DNA of 64,000 bases from an uncultured archaeon (GCA_964430885.1 CAYSHM010000004.1:64001-128000); one strand, 5' to 3'. Numbered from the stretch's first letter, positions 1 to 9,717 are shown. Translations and numbers: made by a program. The notes: generated from the sequence alone by a model not told the origin.

Positions 1-25
1 GCCGGTTAGGAGGCCTGAACCACAG

Positions 26-1075
26 ATGGTCTCTGACCCTCAGGAAGGTATTAGCGATGCAGCGCTAAAAGCTATTGCTGACAAGATAAAACCTGCAATC
101 AAGATAGTTGGCTGTGGCGGTGCTGGCTGTAATACTATCAATAGGTGCAATGAAGAGATCACCAATGTTGATATGTATGCTCTAAATACGGATGCTGCTC
201 ATTTATATAAAATCAAATCCCCCAACAAACTCCTTATTGGAGAGCATGTTACCAGGGGATTGGGGGCTGGTGCAAAACCTCAGATAGGTGAGAGAGCCGC
301 CCAGGAAGTAGAACATAAGATAAATGAACTTCTGATGGATGCCAAGATGGTCTTTATAACATGCGGAATGGGAGGTGGAACCGGAACCGGATCTGCTCCA
401 TATGTTGCCAAACTTGCGAGGGATATGGGTAAAGCTATGACCTTGGCAATAGTGACCTATCCATTTGAAGCGGAAGGCCTTGCCAGAAGGCAGAATGCAC
501 TATGGGGTATTAACAAGCTGAAATCCGTTGCCAATACGGTAATTGTGATCAAGAACGACAAACTCCTAGAATTGGTACCACGTTTGCCGCTTGATTCGGC
601 TTTCAGGGTAGCTGATGAAATACTCATGAGGTCAATTAAATCCCTTACTGCAATAATCACTGAACCTGGTCTTATTAATTTGGATTACAACGATGTGGCA
701 AAGGTTATTGTTGACGGTGGCGGATTGGCTATGATAGGAATGGGTAAATCCGATGGTGATGACAGAGTTACTGAAGCTGTTGATGAAGCCATAAATTCTC
801 CACTTCTGGATATGGACATCTCAAACGCCAGGAGCTGTTTGATAAATGTTGTAGGCGGTCCAGGAATGACTGTAGAGGAAGCAAATGGAGCAGCCGAAAT
901 GGTTCAGCAGAAGATAGATCCCAATGCTGAGGTGATATTGGGAGCCCGGATAGATCCGACACTGGAAGGGGCTTTGGAAATAATGATAGTCCTTACAGGT
1001 GTAGTATCTAAAGATATCGATAAAGCTCAAATGAATGATCCATTCGGGGCTTCCAACATACCGTATATTGAATAG
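26..1075 (+). CDS. ftsZ: Cell division GTPase FtsZ (archaeal FtsZ1-type)
   Basis: GCGGAG, NTD, GGGTGTG tubulin signature and INLDYND T7 loop; conserved ftsZ-secE-spt5 synteny; C-terminal NIPYIE tail. Confidence 0.97.
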   Translation: MVSDPQEGISDAALKAIADKIKPAIKIVGCGGAGCNTINRCNEEITNVDMYALNTDAAHLYKIKSPNKLLIGEHVTRGLGAGAKPQIGERAAQEVEHKINELLMDAKMVFITCGMGGGTGTGSAPYVAKLARDMGKAMTLAIVTYPFEAEGLARRQNALWGINKLKSVANTVIVIKNDKLLELVPRLPLDSAFRVADEILMRSIKSLTAIITEPGLINLDYNDVAKVIVDGGGLAMIGMGKSDGDDRVTEAVDEAINSPLLDMDISNARSCLINVVGGPGMTVEEANGAAEMVQQKIDPNAEVILGARIDPTLEGALEIMIVLTGVVSKDIDKAQMNDPFGASNIPYIE

Positions 1076-1152
1076 ATATATTTGTTCATGCAGTGCTGCA
1101 ACCGATGAGACATCCGTTTTTGGTGTGATAACAATAGGGGTAGGCGATTTTT

Positions 1153-1392
1153 ATGGATATAATGGAAAAAACATTTTATTTACAGAAACGATTAGAAGGG
1201 CGAACTAAGAATCTGGGAAAGGGGAAATACGGCAGGGTATTGCGAATGGCTAGGAAGCCAGGTAAGGAAGAATACGTTAAGACTCTGCAGATAACGGGTG
1301 CGGGATTGGCCCTCATAGGTGCACTTGGTTTTGTCATATTCCTATTTTGGAAAGAAGGCCTTCCATTTTTGGGCGACCTTCTGGGATTGTAA
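1153..1392 (+). CDS. secE: Protein translocase subunit SecE/Sec61-gamma
   Basis: GKYGRVLRMARKPxxEEY motif followed by one TM helix; position between ftsZ and spt5. Confidence 0.95.
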   Translation: MDIMEKTFYLQKRLEGRTKNLGKGKYGRVLRMARKPGKEEYVKTLQITGAGLALIGALGFVIFLFWKEGLPFLGDLLGL

Positions 1393-1516
1393 GGCGGTTT
1401 TTTAATCAAATCAATTGCCCATGGGGAAAATCTTGCTGATTCAGGAATATAAAAGAAAATGAGTTTCTGTTCTTTGAATTATTACTGTTTAAAAAGATGA
1501 ATTATGTGGTGGAATA

Positions 1517-2173
1517 ATGTTTGAAAATGAATTTGATATAGTGGAAGAATCCATGGATACGGAGGATTATATCAGCCTCAAAAAGCTGGAGGATAAGGCG
1601 AGGTTCATAATAGCAATAAAAACTACAATTGGCCGGGAAAAAGATGTGGTTGTCAGCCTCCGGCATAGGGTCAAGAGTAAGAATAGAGCTAGTTCGGAGA
1701 TTTTTTCTCTTTTAGCTCCTGGTCGGCTTAGGGGATACGTAATGGTGGAATTTGGATTAAATTATCAACAGATCGAGGATATGATAACTGACCCCCATTA
1801 CCGAGAGGAAGTATTGGAGGAGCTTAACGATCATAAGTTAATAGGCAACGAAAACTCCGTGGTGGGCAGAATAATCAAAGATAAAATGGATGTGCTCATC
1901 AAAGGTTTGAAATATGCTAAAGGTGTTGTAAGGGGAATAACTACTATCGATGAAATTGAGCATTTCCTTTCACCGCCGCCGCTAGTAAGAGGTATAGATG
2001 TAGGAGATATTGTTGAGATTATCAAGGGACCATTCAAGGGTGAAAAGGCGAAGATATCACATAAGGATGAGTCCAAAGAAAAGGTGACAGTAGAACTGCT
2101 TGATGCCATGGTTACCATTCCATTGACAATTAAGGCAGGCCATGTAAGAGTAATTGAAAAGGAGAGGGAGTAA
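1517..2173 (+). CDS. spt5: Transcription elongation factor Spt5/NusG with an internal insertion
   Basis: KTTIGRE, RGYVMVE (NGN domain); GDIVEIIKGPFKGEKAKI KOW motif; VTVELLDAMVTIP. Confidence 0.93.
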   Translation: MFENEFDIVEESMDTEDYISLKKLEDKARFIIAIKTTIGREKDVVVSLRHRVKSKNRASSEIFSLLAPGRLRGYVMVEFGLNYQQIEDMITDPHYREEVLEELNDHKLIGNENSVVGRIIKDKMDVLIKGLKYAKGVVRGITTIDEIEHFLSPPPLVRGIDVGDIVEIIKGPFKGEKAKISHKDESKEKVTVELLDAMVTIPLTIKAGHVRVIEKERE

Positions 2174-2650
2174 ATGCCAGAAACTACAGTAGAAGCTTTA
2201 GTAGAGGGCGGCAAAGCAACAGCCGGACCACCCATAGGTCCTGCGCTCGGCCCCCTTGGAGTAAACATAATGCAGGTCATTAAGAAGATAAATGAGAGAA
2301 CAAAATCCTTTAAAGGTATGAGCGTCCCAGTAAAAATAATAGTGGATGATAAGACCAAGGAATTCAGGATAACCGTGGGTACGCCCCCCACTTCCTCGCT
2401 CATTAAGACGGAACTAGGTATATCATCGGCATCAAAAGAACCAGGAAATGAAATGGTTGGAAACATTACTATTGAACAGGCAAAGAAAATAGCGGATATG
2501 AAGGACGATGTCATGTATGGAAAAGATCTCAAGAACAAGGTAAAGGTGGTGTTGGGAACATGCGTTTCCATGGGAATCACATGTGAAGGTAAACATCCGA
2601 AAGAGGTCTGCGAAGAAATATCTAAAGGTTTGCATGATGATAAGTTCTAG
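2174..2650 (+). CDS. rpl11: 50S ribosomal protein L11 (uL11)
   Basis: [41 protein letters not shown] motifs. Confidence 0.98.
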   Translation: MPETTVEALVEGGKATAGPPIGPALGPLGVNIMQVIKKINERTKSFKGMSVPVKIIVDDKTKEFRITVGTPPTSSLIKTELGISSASKEPGNEMVGNITIEQAKKIADMKDDVMYGKDLKNKVKVVLGTCVSMGITCEGKHPKEVCEEISKGLHDDKF

Positions 2651-2896
2651 ATGCCGGGAATAATTTAACTGAAAAGGATAGATTTGGAAAAATGATAAAT
2701 AAATCAAATCGAAACATCTGTCAAATCAATTATAAAATATTATAATGAGAACTTCAAACCGTATAATATATAATTAAAGAGGTATTTTCCCCAAGAGAAA
2801 TCAAAGGATGATATGATATTGAACCATTAAAATGGTCATATATCATTGAATCCTTAATATAATATCAATATCATATATAAATCCTGAACTGGATTG

Positions 2897-2934
2897 CCTG
2901 ATGTAGGAGGATCATATCCGTTTAACTACACAGG
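2897..2934 (+). promoter_or_regulatory. L1-binding autoregulatory leader hairpin abutting the rpl1 Shine-Dalgarno
   Basis: CCTG-A-TGTAG / GA / GGAT-CAT-ATCC / GTTTAA / CTACA-CAGG: two helices around a 2x6 asymmetric loop (GA opposite GUUUAA), matching the L1 target geometry; the 3' arm runs into GGAGGTGA. Confidence 0.8.
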
Positions 2935-2937
2935 GAG

Positions 2938-3591
2938 GTGATTCAAATCGTTACTGAAGATAATCTGTATGTGGAAGAGATTAAAAAAGCAATAGAAGAT
3001 GCACCAAAAAGGAATTTTATTGAAAGTGTGGATCTTGCTATAAACTTGACTGATGTGGACATGAAAATCCCCACCAAGAGGATTAAGGAAGAGATTATTT
3101 TACCTAAAGGTAGGGGTAAAACGGTCAAAGTGGCAGTATTTGGTTCTGGTGAATTCGGTCTGAAAGCCAAAGAGGCAGCGGATCTAGTTATTGAACCTGA
3201 GGAAATAGAGGAATTAGCCAAGGACACCCGTAAGGCTCGATTGATTGCGGATGATCATGCTTTCTTTATTGCCGAAATACCTTTGATGCCCGTGATAGGT
3301 AAAAGCCTGGGTATTGTTTTAGGCCCCAGAGGTAAGATGCCTCAACCGCTCCCCCCTCAGGCCGATCCTGCGCCCATCATCAATTCTCTGAAGAACAAGG
3401 TGAGGATACGGTCCAAAGACAGGCTGACTTTTCATGTCCCAGTTGGAACTCTTCAGATGTCTGCCGAGGACATTGCATCAAACAGTCGAGAGGTGCTTAT
3501 TAGAATAGAATCCCGATTGGAAAGGGGCAAAATGAACATAAAGAGCGTTTTTGTCAAGACCACCATGGGTCCTTCTGTTAAGTTGATGTGA
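2938..3591 (+). CDS. rpl1: 50S ribosomal protein L1 (uL1); exact start uncertain (GTG 2938, ATC 2947 or GTG 2971)
   Basis: KRNFIESVDLAINL, LGPRGKMP, VKTTMGPSV. Confidence 0.97.
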   Translation: MIQIVTEDNLYVEEIKKAIEDAPKRNFIESVDLAINLTDVDMKIPTKRIKEEIILPKGRGKTVKVAVFGSGEFGLKAKEAADLVIEPEEIEELAKDTRKARLIADDHAFFIAEIPLMPVIGKSLGIVLGPRGKMPQPLPPQADPAPIINSLKNKVRIRSKDRLTFHVPVGTLQMSAEDIASNSREVLIRIESRLERGKMNIKSVFVKTTMGPSVKLM

Positions 3592-3600
3592 GGTGTTCAA

Positions 3601-4611
3601 ATGGCGTACGTTGCAAAATGGAAAAAAGAAGAGGTTGGAAATCTCACCAAATTAATGGATGATAATGGTTTGATCGCCTTGGCGGATATCAGAGGCATTG
3701 CAGCCCCTCAGATGCAGCAGATGAGGGCTGTGCTCAGGGAAAGAATGAATGTCCGGGTGGTCAAGAACACTTTATTGAAACTAGCGATTGAGAATTCAAA
3801 GAAGGATAATATCGAGGAATTGATGGATTATATAGATGGTCAAGTTGCCTTGATCACTTCCCAGGAAAATCCATTTCAGCTTTATCAGACACTGAAACAA
3901 AGGAGGACAAAAGCCCCGGCCAAAGGCGGAGAGATATCTCCCAGCGACATTGTTGTTGAAAAAGGTCCTACATCCTTCAATCCAGGTCCAATAATCTCGG
4001 ATCTCCAGAGAGCAGGTTTCCCAGCTTCTATCCAAGGCGGTAAAGTTGTTTTCAGGAAGAAAGAGACAATAATAAAGGAAGGAGAGGTCATCCCTGAGAA
4101 TGTGGCGAAGCTATTGACCAAACTTGAGATATATCCTATAGAAGTAGGATTGATGCCTGCTGCGGTATATGAGGACGGCTTGGTCTATATGCCGAAGGAT
4201 CTGGATGTTGACATGGATCAATTCCGTGCTGATTTTCAAAGTGCGGCTGGAAGGGCATTCAGTCTTGCGTTATCGATTGCTTACATGACCGATGTGACCA
4301 CGGTCCCTTTACTGCAGAAGGCTCATATGGAAGCACTCTACTTAGCAGTATCCCAGGGCATTGTAAATTCATCTACTGTAACTCATGTCATGGGGAGAGC
4401 ACATTCACAGATGCTTTCCTTGGCCTCAAAAGTGACTTCCGAGGGTTTGGATGGAGATCTTCAGACCATGTTGGATTCATCAGCTCAAGTTTCATCAGCA
4501 AATGTCACAGTCCGAGAGGATGTTAAAGTGGAAGAAAACGATGAAGAGGATGAGGAAGAGGAGATAAGTGAAGATGATGCCGTGGGAGGTCTCGGAGCCC
4601 TTTTCGGTTGA
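3601..4611 (+). CDS. rpl10: 50S ribosomal protein L10 (uL10/P0)
   Basis: VAKWKKEEV, VVKNTL, APAKGGEISP, GPTSFNPGP, acidic tail ending GLGALFG. Confidence 0.97.
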   Translation: MAYVAKWKKEEVGNLTKLMDDNGLIALADIRGIAAPQMQQMRAVLRERMNVRVVKNTLLKLAIENSKKDNIEELMDYIDGQVALITSQENPFQLYQTLKQRRTKAPAKGGEISPSDIVVEKGPTSFNPGPIISDLQRAGFPASIQGGKVVFRKKETIIKEGEVIPENVAKLLTKLEIYPIEVGLMPAAVYEDGLVYMPKDLDVDMDQFRADFQSAAGRAFSLALSIAYMTDVTTVPLLQKAHMEALYLAVSQGIVNSSTVTHVMGRAHSQMLSLASKVTSEGLDGDLQTMLDSSAQVSSANVTVREDVKVEENDEEDEEEEISEDDAVGGLGALFG

Positions 4612-4673
4612 TGATGAAAGATTGAATTAAATTAAAATTAACATTAATAAAAATTAATTAGGAGGGAATAAAA

Positions 4674-4991
4674 ATGGAATACGTATACGGAGCAATGCTG
4701 CTTCATTCAGCTGGCAAGAAGGTCAGTGAAGATACCTTGAAAAAGATCCTGCAGGCTGCAGGAGTAAAAGTTGATTCAGCCAGAATAAAGGCATTGGTTT
4801 CCTCACTTGAAGGAGTTGATATTGAAGACGCCATCAAGAACGCTTCCTTTGCTGCGCCCGCCGCCGGAAGCGCTGGAGGTGCTTCTGTCGCCGCACCCGC
4901 TGCCGAAGCAGCAGAAGAGGAAGAAGAGGAAGAAGAAGATGCAGCAAGTGAAGAAGATGCAGTAGAAGGACTCGGAGCACTTTTCGGTTAA
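4674..4991 (+). CDS. rpl12: 50S ribosomal protein L12 (P1-type stalk)
   Basis: [11 protein letters not shown], Ala-rich hinge, poly-E, GLGALFG. Confidence 0.97.
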   Translation: MEYVYGAMLLHSAGKKVSEDTLKKILQAAGVKVDSARIKALVSSLEGVDIEDAIKNASFAAPAAGSAGGASVAAPAAEAAEEEEEEEEDAASEEDAVEGLGALFG

Positions 4992-4994
4992 ACT

Positions 4995-5020
4995 TTTAAT
5001 GGGTTTTAGTACTCATTAAA
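4995..5020 (+). terminator. Probable stem-loop terminator after the r-protein operon
   Basis: TTTAATGGGT...ACTCATTAAA inverted repeat (one G-U pair) immediately after the rpl12 stop; TTTAAATA TATA-like box follows at 5033-5040. Confidence 0.4.
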
Positions 5021-5096
5021 GGCATACTAGCATTTAAATAGGGTCCAATCCGTTCATATTATGATCGTGATTGGGTCCTATGCATCATTTAATTGA

Positions 5097-5564
5097 TTGG
5101 AGGTATGCCGTATCATAGAAGTTACCGTTGGTATGATCCTGATAATTGTCGGAGTTATTCTATTAATCGCAGAGGTCATAATACCTGGATTCTTCGTAGG
5201 GGTTGTAGCTACAGCCTTTTTGTTCGTAGGAATAATCAGTCTAATCTTTGAAGAAGTATTATCCAATCCGGCGATTCTAATTGGAGTCGCAATAGTTGGA
5301 TTGGCCATTGGAATGACAATATCAATTTTATTCTATAAGAAGCTTGGCAAAGAGCAAAAACCCATAACCTCCACAGGTGAAAGCCTTGTTGGTAGAACGG
5401 GGATAATAACTGTTCCGACGGAACCTCACCACCCCACAAAGGGCAAGGTAAGATTGGGTAGTGAAATTTGGTCTGCAGAGGCGGATAAAATTATTACTGA
5501 GGGTGCCAAGGTCGAAGTTGTTGATTCCATAGGTGCCCATGTCAAGGTTGTAGAGATGAAATGA
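5097..5564 (+). CDS. nfeD: NfeD-family (short NfeD/YbbJ type) membrane protein; start uncertain
   Basis: N-terminal TM helices with AEVIIPGFF; SLVGRTG, GKVRLGSEIWSA OB-fold; directly upstream of an SPFH gene. Confidence 0.9.
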   Translation: MEVCRIIEVTVGMILIIVGVILLIAEVIIPGFFVGVVATAFLFVGIISLIFEEVLSNPAILIGVAIVGLAIGMTISILFYKKLGKEQKPITSTGESLVGRTGIITVPTEPHHPTKGKVRLGSEIWSAEADKIITEGAKVEVVDSIGAHVKVVEMK

Positions 5565-5602
5565 TTTTGATATAATCCATAGAAAAAAGGAAGGTGTTGT
5601 AT

Positions 5603-6706
5603 GTGATTGAAGCTTGTCTGATATCCGGTGCAATAATTGTGGTTATTGCTTTAATAATGGTCCTGATGACTGGTGTGAAGATTATACGGCCCTATGAACA
5701 GGGACTTCAGGAGGTTTTGGGAAGTTTTAAGAGGAGACTGAATCCTGGATTTAATTTCGTCATACCCCTGGTTTCACGTGTTATGAAAATAGACTTGAGA
5801 ACTCAGACTCTGGATGTTCCTAAACAGGAAGTGATCACCAAGGATAACTCCCCTACATTTGTGGATGCTGTAATATATATCAAGGTCAATGATGCCAAGA
5901 AGGCTTATTATGAAGTAGACGATTTTAAAAAAGCGACCATTTACCTCGCCCAAACGACACTTAGGAGCGTTATTGGTGATATGGAGCTTGATGATGTTCT
6001 TTCCAATAGAGATAAAGTAAATTTGTCCCTCAGGGATATACTTGACAACTCCACGGATCCGTGGGGAGTAAAGGTTGTTTCAGTAGAGATAAGAGAAGTG
6101 GATCCAGCTAGAGAAGTTAAGAGAGCAATGGAGCATCAGACCTCGGCCGAAAGGGAGAAGAGGGCCACTATCCTGAGAGCGGAGGGAAGTAAGAGGGGTG
6201 CAATCTTGAGTGCCGAGGGCTCCCGGCAATCCAAGATACTTACGGCAGAAGGTATTCGACAATCCAAAATACTAGTGGCGGAAGGTGAGAGGACCGCCCG
6301 TATGTTGGAGGCCCAGGGTGAGGCGCAGAAATTGAGAATATTGTCCTTGGGTTCCGCCACACTGGATCAGAAATCATTAACTGTTCTTTCACTTGATGCA
6401 GTAAAGAGTCTTGCAGAGGGACAGGCCACAAAGATAGTATTGCCTTTCGAGATTACACGATTGCTTGAGGGAGTTTCAGAATATATTGGCAGTAGCAGGA
6501 AGATCCCTGAGCACAAGCTGACGGATCTAGACATGCTGCAAAAGAGGTTAGGCAATGTTGAGAAGGTACTGGGGGACATACCGTCCTCAACGGATCTTAT
6601 AAAAGATGCAAAAAATAGTATTGAGAACATTTCATCTGATAAGCCTTCGGTCCCTCTGCCGCCAAGCTCCAAAGGTCATGTCAGAAAGATAGTTAAACCT
6701 ATATGA
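5603..6706 (+). CDS. SPFH/Band 7 (stomatin/paraslipin QmcA-like) protein
   Basis: N-terminal TM, LNPGFNFVIP, QEVITKDN, AQTTLRSVIG, TDPWGVKV, AEG repeats; GTG 5603 chosen from spacing to the GGAAGGTG SD (ORF open from 5594). Confidence 0.93.
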   Translation: MIEACLISGAIIVVIALIMVLMTGVKIIRPYEQGLQEVLGSFKRRLNPGFNFVIPLVSRVMKIDLRTQTLDVPKQEVITKDNSPTFVDAVIYIKVNDAKKAYYEVDDFKKATIYLAQTTLRSVIGDMELDDVLSNRDKVNLSLRDILDNSTDPWGVKVVSVEIREVDPAREVKRAMEHQTSAEREKRATILRAEGSKRGAILSAEGSRQSKILTAEGIRQSKILVAEGERTARMLEAQGEAQKLRILSLGSATLDQKSLTVLSLDAVKSLAEGQATKIVLPFEITRLLEGVSEYIGSSRKIPEHKLTDLDMLQKRLGNVEKVLGDIPSSTDLIKDAKNSIENISSDKPSVPLPPSSKGHVRKIVKPI

Positions 6707-6879
6707 AGGAAATATTGATGTACGATAGAATATAAAATAGACGCTGGTGAAATCAAGCCAATGGATAGTTTTGTTGGCTTACATGAACAAAAGTTACTTA
6801 AATAAGAAATACTATCATCAACGTCATTCCTATTTACTACTAATAATCTTATATAGATGATATGCGTGGAGTGAGTTCA

Positions 6880-9717
6880 ATGGGTTTTTGTCAAGCTTGT
6901 GGTAAACCTACAGTGGGAGATTTCCCTTACTGTTCGGAGTGTGCTTCTAGGATGGGTTCTTCCATTAAGGGCAGCGATGCATATGGTTCCAGCTATGGTT
7001 CCTCAGATCAACCAAAGGCCGTCGTCCTGTATGAAAAGGTGAAGACGGAGATAGATAATCTTAAGGATTCTATAGATACTACGGAAGCTGAGAATCTATT
7101 AAAAAAGGTCAAGTTGGCCATAGATATCAAAGATTATTCATCTGCTGAGGAGAACGCCAAAGAGTGTGTGAAGAAGAGCCATTCACTAAAAAAGATATAT
7201 GAAGATGCTGCAGAGTCCCTTAAGACTGCTTGGCCCGAGGTGAAGGAGGCCAGGGATGATGGTAGGGATGTGTCTCGGTCCGATGAACTTATTAAAGAGG
7301 CCCGAAGGGCTTTAAGGTCAAAGCAACCAGAAAAGAGTAAACAGTTGTCCACTTTAGCAGTTGATCTTCTGCTCACCCCTACAGAGAGAAAGAGGAAAAA
7401 GTGTGAAGAGGTCCGTAAAAAAGCCTCAGCTACACTTGAGGCCGTATCGGCCTTTGGAGAGATCAAAGGAGTAGGCCTATTACTGGTACATGAGGCGGAG
7501 AGTCTTATCAGCAAGGGTGAGCGGTCCTATGCCAAGGAAGATTATGATACTGCTACCCAGCTTTATAAGAAATCTGATAAATCCTTGAATCAGTTAAAGG
7601 AACAGTATCTTTACAGGCAAGCATCCGATATCTATCAGAAGGTCGCTAGGATGGTGGAGGATCTGGAGAAAAAAGGTAAGGCGATCCCAGGTACCTCGGT
7701 AGCATTGATGAAGGCCAAGGATGCATTGGAATATGAGAACTACGACGAAGTGATTTTCCAGGCCATCGATATCAAGAAAAAGATAGATGAGTGGGAGGAG
7801 GAGAAATCCGATGAAGCTGCCATTCAGATAATTACTAAGGCTCAATTCCTTCTCGCGGATCTGAGGAAAACAGGGGAGGAAATATCTCATTTTGAGATCA
7901 AGTTTGAAAGAGCCAAGAAAGCCCTGGAGACCGATGATTATCAAAAGGCGGAAGAATTGGGTATAGAGGTGAACGAAGAGGTTCAAAAACTGCTAGATGA
8001 GATCAACAGAAGGAAGGCGGCAGAATTCGTCCGTGAAGTTGAACATGAGCTGGCGGAATTAAGGACCACTGATATCAGTACAACCAGGTTCGAGAACGAT
8101 CTTGATCTGGCTAAGAGATCATTGGCTCAAGGTAATTTCAAGGATTCATCACAGCTTCTTAGAAAGGTCCTCAGCCGTATGAACAAGGCTAGGAAGAATG
8201 CTATTGCGCCCATGATGCAGAAATCCATAGATGATGCCGATAAGGATATCAAGAAAGCTAAAAGGGAAGGCTTGGATGTTCTGGAACCTGAAGATTGCTT
8301 AAGGCGGTCCCGTTTTGCTTATGAGACCAAGAGCTATGAAGAGGTCACAAAACTCATTAAGAATATTGAGATTTTTCTCAAAAAGGAGCGATCCAAAAGC
8401 GGAAAGAAAATTGTAGAGTACAAGAAATTGATACCCGAGGCAATGAAGGCAGTCCAGCGTCTAAAAGAACAGAAATGGAACGTTGATAGACTGGTCAGTG
8501 ACCTCAAGAAAGCCCCTGTACTTCTGAAAACCAAGAAATATGCTGAATTGGAAAGGGTTACAGTGAATGTTAAGACAAGGTCTATAGCTATTTTGAAGGA
8601 TGAGATTATTCTTCCTGCGAAGGACAGGCTGGATGAGGCAACCACGGCACTGAAGGAAGCCAAGAAGGAAGGCGTTGATGTGAAGGAACTTGTGAAGGAA
8701 CTGAACGAGGCCATGAAACTCTTCACTAGCAAGGAATATTACAAGGTTTCTCCCAAGGTTGATTCCATTTTCAAATATATTGAAGAGCTTAAGGAAAAGG
8801 CATCTCTCCAGCGTTCTCAGATAATAATAGAATATTCTGAAAAACTCATAAAGGCTTACAAGATGTGGAAGATCAAGGTCAAGGACCTTGAAAATATCAT
8901 CAAGCAAGCTAACAAAGCTATTAACGACGGGGATGTTTCAGGAGCTACAAAATTGACCCGTAAGCTTGAAAAGGAATTGAACGAACATCGGCAGGAATTC
9001 TTGAAGGAACAGACTGATATTGCTTACAAGAAGGCAAAGAAGTTCATTAATACCGCTGATTCAGATGATAAGGATCAGGCGCTGATCCATCTGCGTCAGG
9101 CGCAGGATAAATTGGAGAAAGGAGAATATATCAAGGGCTGGGAAATTATCCTGGACAGCAATAAGGAAGCAGGAATGGATGAGCAAAAATACTACAGACT
9201 TAAGTGTGATATGGCGGAAACAATAGTTATTCCGCGCATGAGCTATCTGAAGGACTACGATATCGATTTCGAAGCCGTTGACGGAGAGTTCAAGTCCTAC
9301 AAGGAATTATATAAGAATGGGGAGGACTTTGAGGAGGCATACGATAAAATTTCGGAGGTGGCAAGTACAACCCATAATCTTGAAGAATTAACAATTACCA
9401 ACAGAGCTTTGGGGTGGGTAGATGAAATTTCAAAAACCTACGTTGAAGATGGATATGTTTCGGATGATATGGGTGAACTTCTTGAACAAAGCCGTTCACA
9501 GATAGAGGACCAGATGTACATTGATGCACTTAAGACAATGGATGAAGTTATGAATCTGGCCATGGCGTCTTTGGATAAGGTAGGTGAATCATACAAGGTT
9601 GATGAGGTTGATTGTCCTTCATGCGATTACAGTGTTTTCTCCATAGTTGAGGAGGAAAGCTCGACATTGGACTGCCCTGTATGCGGCAATGCCTTCATAC
9701 CAAACTTCGAGGAATGA
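6880..9717 (+). CDS. Large cytoplasmic alpha-helical repeat protein (66-aa period) with N- and C-terminal Zn ribbons
   Basis: CQAC..CSEC at the N-terminus, CPSC..CPVC at the C-terminus; repeat anchors 198 nt apart; ATG 6880 follows GGAGTGA (ORF open from 6862). Confidence 0.85.
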   Translation: MGFCQACGKPTVGDFPYCSECASRMGSSIKGSDAYGSSYGSSDQPKAVVLYEKVKTEIDNLKDSIDTTEAENLLKKVKLAIDIKDYSSAEENAKECVKKSHSLKKIYEDAAESLKTAWPEVKEARDDGRDVSRSDELIKEARRALRSKQPEKSKQLSTLAVDLLLTPTERKRKKCEEVRKKASATLEAVSAFGEIKGVGLLLVHEAESLISKGERSYAKEDYDTATQLYKKSDKSLNQLKEQYLYRQASDIYQKVARMVEDLEKKGKAIPGTSVALMKAKDALEYENYDEVIFQAIDIKKKIDEWEEEKSDEAAIQIITKAQFLLADLRKTGEEISHFEIKFERAKKALETDDYQKAEELGIEVNEEVQKLLDEINRRKAAEFVREVEHELAELRTTDISTTRFENDLDLAKRSLAQGNFKDSSQLLRKVLSRMNKARKNAIAPMMQKSIDDADKDIKKAKREGLDVLEPEDCLRRSRFAYETKSYEEVTKLIKNIEIFLKKERSKSGKKIVEYKKLIPEAMKAVQRLKEQKWNVDRLVSDLKKAPVLLKTKKYAELERVTVNVKTRSIAILKDEIILPAKDRLDEATTALKEAKKEGVDVKELVKELNEAMKLFTSKEYYKVSPKVDSIFKYIEELKEKASLQRSQIIIEYSEKLIKAYKMWKIKVKDLENIIKQANKAINDGDVSGATKLTRKLEKELNEHRQEFLKEQTDIAYKKAKKFINTADSDDKDQALIHLRQAQDKLEKGEYIKGWEIILDSNKEAGMDEQKYYRLKCDMAETIVIPRMSYLKDYDIDFEAVDGEFKSYKELYKNGEDFEEAYDKISEVASTTHNLEELTITNRALGWVDEISKTYVEDGYVSDDMGELLEQSRSQIEDQMYIDALKTMDEVMNLAMASLDKVGESYKVDEVDCPSCDYSVFSIVEEESSTLDCPVCGNAFIPNFEE

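Noticed and set aside
1831-2580. 249-aa antisense ORF over spt5/rpl11
   Set aside because: Shadow of conserved sense-strand genes; no motif or SD
4565-4991. Near-identical 3' ends of rpl10 and rpl12
   Set aside because: Known shared C-terminal stalk motif (GLGALFG), not a mobile repeat
6880-9717. Possible SMC/Rad50-like ATPase
   Set aside because: No Walker A/B, signature motif or hinge; it is a helical repeat protein
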